Positions 51,318 through 60,000 of a stretch of DNA of 60,000 nt are shown here, piece after piece; position 1 is the first letter of the stretch, and every line of letters starts with the position of its first letter. Made by a program: the position numbers and the translations under genes. Source of the stretch: Callorhinchus milii (lineage: Eukaryota); assembly GCF_018977255.1 (NCBI RefSeq), contig NW_024704743.1, positions 112,346,001-112,406,000 on the forward strand, given 5' to 3'. Under the pieces are notes generated by a model that saw only the letters and a list, made by a program, of their open reading frames with translations, did not search any database and was not told the DNA's origin.

Positions 51318-52293
51318 TGATCAATGATCTAGACGAGGACATTGAATGTAACGTATCTAAATTCGCGGATGACACTAAACTAGGTGGGAGAGTAAGCTCT
51401 GAGGATGATGCAAAAAGATTGCAACGGGATATAGATAGGCTAGGGGAGTGGGCAAGCAGGTGGCAGATGGAATTTAATGTGGGGAAGTGTGAAGTTATTC
51501 ACCTAGGTAGAAAAAATAGAAAAACAGATTATTTTCTAGAGGGGGAGAGATTAGATAGTGTTAGTTGCAGAGGGATTTGGGTGTCCTTGAACACCAGTCT
51601 CAAAAAATTAGTTTGCAGGTGCAGCAAGCAACTAAGAAGGCGAACGGCATGTTAGCGTTCATTGGAAAAGGTTTAGAGTACAAGAGTAGGGAAGTCTTGC
51701 TGCAACTGTATAGGGCCTTGGTGAGACCGCACCTAGAGTATTGTGTGCAGTTTTGGTCTCCTTATTTAAAAAAGGACATACTTGCCCTAGAGGGGGTGCA
51801 GCGTAGATTCATTAGGTTAGTTCCTGGGATGAGGGGACTGACCTATGAGGATAGGCTGAATAAACTAGGGCTGTATTCTCTAGAGTACAGAAGAATTAGG
51901 GGAGATCTTATTGAAACATATAAGATTCTTAAAGGGCTGATAGACACTGAGGGACTGTTTCCCCTGGTAGGAGAATCTATAACCAGGGGTCACAGTCTTA
52001 AACTTAAGGGTCAGCCTTTTAGAACAGAGTTGAGGAAACATTTCTTCACTCAGAGGGTAGTGAATTTATGGAATTCACTACCCCAGAAGGCTGTAGATGC
52101 TCAGTCCTTGAACATCTTCAAGGCTGAGACTGATAGATTTTTTAAAAATTAGAGGGATTAAGGGATATGGGGATAGGGCAGGTATTTAGAGTTAGGTCTG
52201 AAGATCAGCCATGATCTTATCGAATGGCGGGGCAGGCTCGAGGGGCTGAATGGCCTACTCCTGCTCCTAATTCTTATGTTCTTATGTTCTTAT
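51318..52293 (+). mobile_element. CR1 LINE, 5'-truncated (RT C-terminus plus 3'UTR), frameshifted
   Basis: INDLDEDIECNVSKFADDTKLGG, LVRPHLEYCVQFWSPYLKKD, RRIRGDLIETYKI and FFTQRVVNLWNSLP; GGCTGAATGGCCTACTCCTG and (TTCTTATG)n tail. Confidence 0.97.
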
Positions 52294-53780
52294 AAATAAT
52301 ACTTAAATTTGATACAGTAGAGTGCTCTTTATGTCAGAAAGGCACCTCAAAGATTTTACTATGAAGTGTAGTGACTGTGTATTTGAAGGCGAACGTGGCA
52401 GCCAATTTTGCGCACAATGTCCCACAAGCAGTCACCTCCCCAGCAGCCCTTTCCTCCTCTCCGCCATTCCCAAGTGCTCCGAGACGCATATAAATGCAAG
52501 TTGTTGTTCCACTCTATCTGTCTTTCTATATTTGAGCTCAACTAGCAGGAGGCTAAATGAAATCTTGGAGCTGGATGTCAACCTAGCGGAACAGGAAGTG
52601 CAGGAGGAGACATAGGGGAAGGATCTAAATTCACATCATTAATGTTTGATACATATTTCAATCATAATGTCTTCCTCTATAATCTGAGCTCTACTTTGTC
52701 CTTTTTAAGCCACAAAAACTAGAGTGAGCCCTGAGTTATATAATTGACCCTGTGACTGTTCTCGCTGACTTAAGTCTTTCTGATCACTTGACTTGCATGA
52801 CTGAGTTGATCCAGGGACTTTATAAACATGTGGAAGTAATTTACAAGAGGGACTGTAATTTGGAAAGAATCTATTGTAGCTGAATTACATAACTAATGTT
52901 TAGTACATAGTAGTTTACCACAAGTCTCCTCTGAAGTGGTTGAGTTACAAAATATATAAACATAGTATGTTGTGCCTACAAATATGCAGACACTCCACTT
53001 TACAGTGAAATCCTGTGAAGTGCTTTGAGACATGATCATGATGGGATAGGGCACTATTTCAAATACAAGGGTTATTATATTCCTAAAACTGTTTCCATAT
53101 TCTTAGCAGAAGATTATGGTTTACTTCACATGTGATTTTCAATTAAAGAAGAGAGTTTCTCCCAGTGCTATGGCTAATAATGCCCCAAATAAAATTGACC
53201 ATTCACTTCAGAGCTGTTTGTGAGGCGCTGTATGTGTAAATTGGCTGGCAAACATTGTATAATGGAATAACTGGATAATCAGCACTCAGAGAGCTGCTGA
53301 AACAGAATGGAGGAGAAGGGTGTGTCTTTCTTCTCTAAATTATTACCCACCCTTGTGCTTTGAGATTGCAACATTACTTGTTTGGAAAATATTCCAAGCA
53401 GCAAACATCAAACTACACATGGAACTCATCTACAACTAAAATTATGCTTTATAATGAACCATTTGCTTGTAAATCACATTGTATAGCATAGTTCCCCTGA
53501 GGCAAAGACTACAAATGAGTGAGGAACAGAGATTCAAATTCTCTTTTGTGTACTTGAACATATTTTCGCCTACAAAATACACAATCACTACACTTTATAG
53601 TAAAAATTCGGTGTTGGGCTTTGAGATGATTCAACAACATAATACGGCACTTTATCAAATGCAAGGATTATTATTATTAGAAGGAAAAATAAATGATTAT
53701 TTATTTATTGGAACAACTTGCTGGAAATATTGCAAAATTGATGGTAATTCTGAGATAAATTCTTAAGCAGTCAAGAAAAA

Positions 53781-53885
53781 TAAATTATCTTTCCTTTCTC
53801 CATAGATGCTGCCTGACCTGCTGAGTTTTCCCAGCTCTCTCTGTTTTGTTTTAGATTCCAGCATCTGCAGTATTTTGTGTTTTGT
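53781..53885 (+). mobile_element. short retroelement terminus (Penelope-like type, from memory) with 10-bp TSD
   Basis: CATAGATGCTGCCTGACCTGCTGAGT...AGATTCCAGCATCTGCAG flanked by TCAAGAAAAA at 53771-53780 and 53886-53895. Confidence 0.6.
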
Positions 53886-54469
53886 TCAAGAAAAAAAATC
53901 TGTTGGAAGAGCCAAAGCTGAGATTCCGTGCCATCATGAAACTGTGGAATAAATTCATCAGTTATGTTGAACTTTGAGGCAAGAGGGCAGAAAAATTGAT
54001 GTGTGAGCGAACTTGTGAAGACAAAGATTATTAACGTATTTAAGGCTCATTTTTGGTCTTGAAGAATGGGCAGGTGACGGGATTTAAGAAGCTGATAGGA
54101 AAGTGACTTCTACGCTCTGTATTTACTGAATCAGTAAATCCCTTTGTTATATTCTCTTGCTTCCAAGCCCATGAACTGACCTTTCAGAGGAGAATCAAAT
54201 CTTCTAAATTTCAAAAACAAATAATGCAATGATCATTTCCACTGAGACATGAAATGTTGCTTTGCTTTTGGGTCAGCTGGGTGGCTGACACAGGCAGAAA
54301 CCCATCACCGTGTTTCAGAGTATCCAAATCAGACTGAGAGTTCCACATGTGTACATATGTACACCACCTCAATGTGTGTCTATCATGAAATGCACATACT
54401 CTCCCTGAATCAACGCACCCATTTTGCATAATTTTGGATAGTACTAGGCATAGGTTGGCAAAAGTGTAC

Positions 54470-54563
54470 CTTACATAGCTTGTAGTTTTAACTAGAGTTA
54501 AAGTAAAATGAGTTTCTGGCAACTTCAGACAGTCTTCTTCTCCACAGAATGCTGCAGGATAAT
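54470..54563 (-). other. candidate internal exon (89 or 94 nt)
   Basis: Acceptor gttttccttttcttcag|; donors TAT|gtaagg (54475) or AAG|gtacac (54470); single open frame xYPAAFCGEEDCLKLPETHFTLTLVKTTSY; product not recognised. Confidence 0.4.
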
Positions 54564-56057
54564 CTGAAGAAAAGGAAAACGGGGCATATCAGATATCAAA
54601 GGAAGAAAAAGCTTTAGTTTTAAAAAGCAAAAATATGTTCAAGTACACGAAAGAGAATTTGAATTTCTGTTCCTCACTCATTTGTAGTCTTTGTCTCAGG
54701 GGAACTATACTATACAATGTGATTTACAAGCAAAGGGTTCATTGTAAAGCATAATTTTACTTGTAGATGAGTTCCATGTGTAGTTTGATGTTTGCTACTT
54801 GGAATATTTTCCAAACAAGTAATGTTGCAAACTCAAAGCACAAGGGTGGGTAATAATTTAGAGAGGAAAGACACACCCTGCTCCTCCATTCTGTTTCAGC
54901 AGCTCTCTGAGTACTGAGTATCCAGCTATTCCATTATACAACATTTGCCAGGATGGGTTTGTGTTGTGATTTAATGTTATAATCTATGGATAGAGGAGTG
55001 CTATAGGATTAACAATTAGCCATTTTCCTAAATAAATCCTGTGACATGTTTAAGTTGTCCTCCGAAGTTATATCAAATGCATGGATTATTATTTTTATAT
55101 GTGAATCTCACAAATCAAATGTGTTTTAGCTTTTGCAAATTAGAAATCACAGTTAGCGTAACTAATGTGGTTTACAAACTGTAGCTCAATCAGTTGTTTG
55201 ACAGTAACATTTTAATTGGTGATTTCAGTGTGACAGCGTCCAACATGAGGAATTTACCTACTATGCAATCCCACTGCTAGCGGGAACATTGCTGAAAAGC
55301 ATGTGAGGGAAATATAGGAGAATTGAATTAAAATGGGAATAGTTTTACCCTTCAGAATACTTGACTTCAACAAGGTTTACGGGTTTCCTGTCCTTGTGGA
55401 TCATACAGGTCTGCCCGTTTTCAGTTCATGAACCATGATGTTGAAATCTAAACAATTACAGAACTAAAGTTACTCAAATGTCAGGCCACTATATTTCTGT
55501 AACATTAACCCTGACTACTAAAACCTATATCTGCCTGCTGGTATTCTTTATCTTTTATTTTCTCATCTTTATTTTACTTTATTTTGCTACGTCTTACCTA
55601 TTCTACTTGTATCAACCTATATGTATCAACACTATTCCTTTTCTTCCTATATTAACCTATATTGACTATATGCTCAATGTCACCTATATAAAGCTTTAAA
55701 ACTATCACCCCTTCATTCCTTTCTTTCAGCTCTCACCATTGATTTTAGAGTCATCCTTGCAGTCAGATCCGATCGTACAAAATGTGTAAATGATTGCTTA
55801 CTTCAATGGCTTGATCAGAGATCAATGCTTCAGGTGTCTTTGGATGAGATAAGATTGTAGACTTCCATCATCTTTAAAATGCCTCTGCTCCAGATACAAG
55901 TGATACTGCTTACAACATCTCAATATCAACAGCAACTAAATAGTGCAGCACTTTGTGATCTGCAACCCCACGTTAATCATATTAACAGATGTCAGCGAGA
56001 CAAGACAAGTATTCACCCATGAGGCTTGAGATCTTCAGGCCCATTTCCCTAGAAAAT

Positions 56058-56318
56058 ACAATAACTTGCATTTATATAGCTTCCCTTGCACAGGGTAGTG
56101 TCAGAGCGCTTGACACTGGCGGAGCACGACGCCAAGCCGGAGGGAGGGGGAGGTGACCATAGACATGTTTGAAAAGAAAGGTCTTCAGGTGCGACCGGAA
56201 GATGGGGAAGGAAGGGGCAAGGTGGAGGGATTGAGGGAGTGTATTCCAGAGTTTCTGGACACAGTGGCTGAAAGAGCAGCCACCAATGGTGGAACAGAGG
56301 GCATGAGAGACAAGTAGG
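56058..56318 (-). mobile_element. L2 3' fragment (type C)
   Basis: ACTTGCATTTATATAGC...CAGAGCGCTTGACAC tail; similar to the 30700 and 1950 copies. Confidence 0.8.
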
Positions 56319-56594
56319 AATACACTTTATAGTAAATCCTGTGAAGCACTTTGAGATGTCCTGGTGCTACATCAAATGCAAGGATTATTATTTGTTGTTA
56401 TCCAACAACAAAATTACACTTGTATAGCGCCTTTCACGTGGGGAGGACATCCCAAGGTGCTGCTGTGGAGTGGTGCAAATGTTTTATCATTGAAATAAAC
56501 ATTGTTAAAATTCAGTGAGAAAATGCTATTTAGGGCAATTAATAGACCTGTTTACTTTGCCCTTATTAGTGATTCTTTAATCAGTTTGGGGATT

Positions 56595-56595
<1 letters not shown>

Positions 56596-56629
<34 letters not shown>

Positions 56630-56915
56630 CCTTGCATTTGATGTAGCGCTTTTCACGTCTTCTAGATGTCTCAAAGCGCTTCACAGAATATGCTGTAAAG
56701 TGAATTGACCGTATATTTGTGGGTGAAATGCGGCAGCCAATTGCGCACGGCAGTGTCCCACAAAAAGTCGTGGCTTGAAAATGACCAATTTATTATTGTT
56801 TTGTTTTGAAGGGATTATTATTAGGCATGTGGAGTAAGGAAACTTGTCCAAGGTTTCGCCCTGCCTGGAATTGAACCCAGGTGTCTCGCTTGCAAGGCGA
56901 GTGCTCTAACCACTA
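56596..56915 (-). mobile_element. young tRNA-SINE, short form, with expanded (TAA)n tail
   Basis: Antisense near-full copy; (TAA)~11 at 56596-56629. Confidence 0.9.
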
Positions 56916-58027
56916 ACCATTGTGGGTTAGACATGAAGTCATAACACTGGGAGAAACTCCCTTCTCTTTTCAAGTAGTGCGGTAAGATCTTTAACATTCA
57001 CCTGAAAAGTCAGACAGAGCCTTGGTTAAATGACAAATCCTCAGGACAGCACCTCAGATAATAATAATAACCCTTGCATTTGCAATAGAGACTTATCATG
57101 TCTTCGAGACATCTCAAAGCACTTCACAATATAGCACTCCCTCCAACACCACATTGGAGTGTCAGGCTAGAATATATGTTAAAAGTTCCGATTTAACTGC
57201 AAAGATCCACCTCCTATTGGTGACAGTAGCTCCAAAGAGCACTGTTGGGAGATCCATTCGTGCTGCACTGCCACAAGTGCAGTAATTCCCCACCAAACAT
57301 GCAGCAAAATGCATTGCTGCATGAAAATTCTTGAGCAGAAAAAGTGGGGTAATACTTTACTGTTCAGCAACCAATGAGCTAAATATGCATCTCATACAAT
57401 ACAGAACACATACATTTTATAGTCTTCACTTCAATTTCTACTCTTAACTGGATTTATTGTTTTTTCTCAAATGATAAATTATTGAGTACTCAACTTAATA
57501 CTTCGATAGTCTTTTTAAATGGACAGCCAGTCAGCTCTGAGTACAGTTGCCTGTCCAATATTGATTCAAGCTGCAGTAACTCGAACTAAAAGAAACACGT
57601 TAATGAAATAGTCTCTTCTGAATGGCTCTATCGGGCCAATGCTTTGCCGTAATAATAAATACCATATGCAATTTTTTTTGCTTGTTTGAGGGAACGTCTT
57701 GAATCTATTGAAAGGAATTTTGCTCAAGTAATGCCTGTTAATTTAACTTCCTTAAAATCCAAAACAACTGCACCAGCAAAAAAAAATTGCGAAAAACAAA
57801 ACAAAACTAGTAAAGTTTGACAATGGACCTTAAATAATGTTTGACAATCTGCCAGGAGGAGAAAATAACAAGAGATAAGTGACTTCCTCGTTTCCGTTAT
57901 CCTGTGCTCCATCTGTTCCAAACCCAACAGTCGTATAGCTGGCTGGCTTATTAACCACTTGTTGTTAAGGCATTATCATGGTTCTGAATAGGCTTTCATT
58001 AGCTCTTAGCAGGCATTTGTATCCTTT

Positions 58028-58351
58028 GTGGAGTCCTGTAGCTCAGTGGTTAGAGCACTCGCTTTGCAAGCGAGAGACCTGAGTTCAATTCCAGGCAGGT
58101 CAGGGCAAACCTTGGGCAAGTTTCCTTACTCCACACGCCTAATAATAATCCCTCCAAAACAAAAAACAATAATAAATTGGTCATTTTCAATCTACGACTG
58201 TTTGTGGGACATTGCTGTGTGCAATTGGCTGCCGCGTTCGCTCACAAATATACAGTCAATTCACTTTATAGTGTGTCCTGTGAAGCGCTTTGGGATGTCC
58301 TCCCGACGTGAAAAGTGCTATATCAAATCCAAGGATTATTATTATTATTAT
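58028..58351 (+). mobile_element. young tRNA-SINE, short form, full length
   Basis: Nearly identical to 12081-12396. Confidence 0.95.
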
Positions 58352-58954
58352 TTTTAGAATTCTGATTTCTGGATGAAATGAAAATAAAAACAAAAATTTC
58401 GGAGATTTGCTGCAAAAGTTAGTCTCAGAGCATTTTCATTCATTTGTAAATGTATTTTTTTCTATAAAACGTACAATACAATGCAGTTTATATTTATATC
58501 ATATTTGTATTTATATATGTCTTTCACATCAGATGGATGCTTCAATTTTGCAGAAATAGCCATTCTTCGCCCTCAAAATCATAGTCTCAACCAAAGTAAG
58601 AATTCAAGCATCTCTAAGGGGACTTTCAATCTCATTAATCACATCATCTTGACAGCGCGGGAACCAAACCAAAAATCCAACTCCCTGATTGATTTACTCC
58701 AGAATCCAGGCTATTAAATCAGATATCCCAGCTTCATTCTGTTTTCCATCTGATCACCATAAACTTCAGTGTGAACCACAAGTTAGTAAAGACCACAGAC
58801 TCACAATAGATTAGAGGTTTCCAGCAGGAGACATTTAGATATGGAAAGTAATGCAGTAATCTCTTTTAGATTACCAAGATAATATTAAACTAATACTAAA
58901 GGAAACAAAACTAAAATTTGCTCAGTTTAAACTCTGGTATGCTCATGTGAAGAC

Positions 58955-59045
58955 ACCTTATTTGGAGTTGAGGTACAGATCAGCCATAGAATGGCGGCAC
59001 AGACTGGAGGGTCTGAATGGCCTACTCCTGTTCCTATGTTCCTAC
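58955..59045 (+). mobile_element. CR1 3' terminus
   Basis: GATCAGCCATAGAATGGCGG...TGAATGGCCTACTCCTGTTCCTATGTTCCTA. Confidence 0.8.
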
Positions 59046-59202
59046 TTATCTTATGGAACTTCAAGAGATCCATAAGGATGATTTGCTGCATTAATTTCTG
59101 CTCTTCTTATAATACTCGATCAAAAAGAACGACCACATCTAATTTGCTCTAATTATAACTGCATTTGTTGCATTAATTGCAAGTTGTAGGTGTCAGATTG
59201 TG

Positions 59203-59446
59203 AACAACAACAACAACAACAAGATTCCATTTATAGAGCGCCTTTCACGTCGGGAGGACGTCCCAAGGCGCTGTACAGTTGGGTCAGGACCCAAGCAGGG
59301 GGGAAATGGTCAGGGGGAGGGGAGGGAAGGGAGGGAGCGAGGAGGGGGTAGAGAGTCGAGAGGGGAGCTGAAGGCACGGTCAAAGAGAAAGGTCTTGAGA
59401 CCGGCCTTGAAGGAGGAAAGGGAGGAGGCAAGGCGAAGGCACTGGG
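59203..59446 (-). mobile_element. young L2 3' fragment (type A)
   Basis: (AAC)n tail; near-identical to 14611-14850. Confidence 0.9.
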
Positions 59447-60000
59447 AACCTCAAAACATGAAATTTGCGGTCAGTAAAGTCTGAAACAAAGGCTGATGAG
59501 CAGAAACAGATGGTGATTTATGGTGATTTATTCACATGGTGAATATTATTGGACTTGTCTGACTTGGTTTTGTGAATGGGTAGCCACAAATTTCACCGTG
59601 AAATTTGCAATCGCAAACGAGAAGTTGCGATTAATGCAACAAATGCGTTTTCCATATACCACAAATTAGGTCCCAATTATTATAATAACAGTAATCTGTG
59701 CATTTGATACTTTGTCTTATCACTTTGAAATATCTCAAAGCATTTCACAGAGGTTTCCTGTAAAGAGTAGTGAATGTGTATTTGAACCATAGATGATGAT
59801 GTCCTTTTGCATTGGTTAGATAGTGGAAGTGCACAAATTTAAATAGGGCTCTTAGAGTTTTACATAACAAGAGTATGGAAGCTTTGGATCCTGGAACAAT
59901 ATTGTCTCAGAAAGGAATAGATGACAAAGGTATCAGAATTTCCCATGTCATTCATTCTTATACCACCCAAATGGCCGTTTCTCATGCTGTATCGTTCTAG

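Larger units (their letters stand above)
53245..54951. repeat. 322-bp inverted duplication (53245-53566 and 54630-54951), ~95% identical
   Basis: Manual alignment shows no indels and about 16 substitutions; spacer is 1063 bp. Confidence 0.95.

Noticed and set aside
51311..52152. RT-like ORFs as a functional gene
   Set aside because: 5'-truncated CR1 with a frameshift near 51565 and the canonical CR1 tail.
1..60000. CRISPR-like array or prokaryotic operon
   Set aside because: Repeats are dispersed retroposons with no regular repeat-spacer periodicity and no gene-dense organisation.

Overview
This is eukaryotic, repeat-rich vertebrate DNA. The repeat set (Deu-domain tRNA-SINEs with L2-type tails, L2 and CR1 LINE relics) points to a cartilaginous fish, most likely a holocephalan such as Callorhinchus; that is an inference. 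I cannot name any intact host gene, and most ORF-track entries are SINE or LINE artefacts. The window is dominated by four repeat classes. (i) A young tRNA-Ala-headed SINE with CORE-like and Deu-like domains occurs in long and short forms. (ii) An older full-Deu-domain SINE is also present. (iii) 5'-truncated L2 LINEs fall into three 3'-tail types. (iv) CR1 fragments include a ~1 kb RT C-terminal copy at 51.3-52.3 kb. A repeat-free GC/G-rich island at ~25.7-26.9 kb looks like a promoter and first exon of a minus-strand transcript, and weaker minus-strand exon candidates lie at 9.66-9.71, 50.3-50.5 and 54.47-54.56 kb. The most unusual structures are local templated copies at retroelement junctions. 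One is a 322-bp, ~95% identical inverted duplication that interrupts a SINE and brackets a candidate exon. The others are a perfect 36-bp inverted copy, a 23-bp direct filler copy and fold-back hairpins. A near-perfect 633-bp tandem duplication is also present. I found no evidence for a novel multi-gene system.
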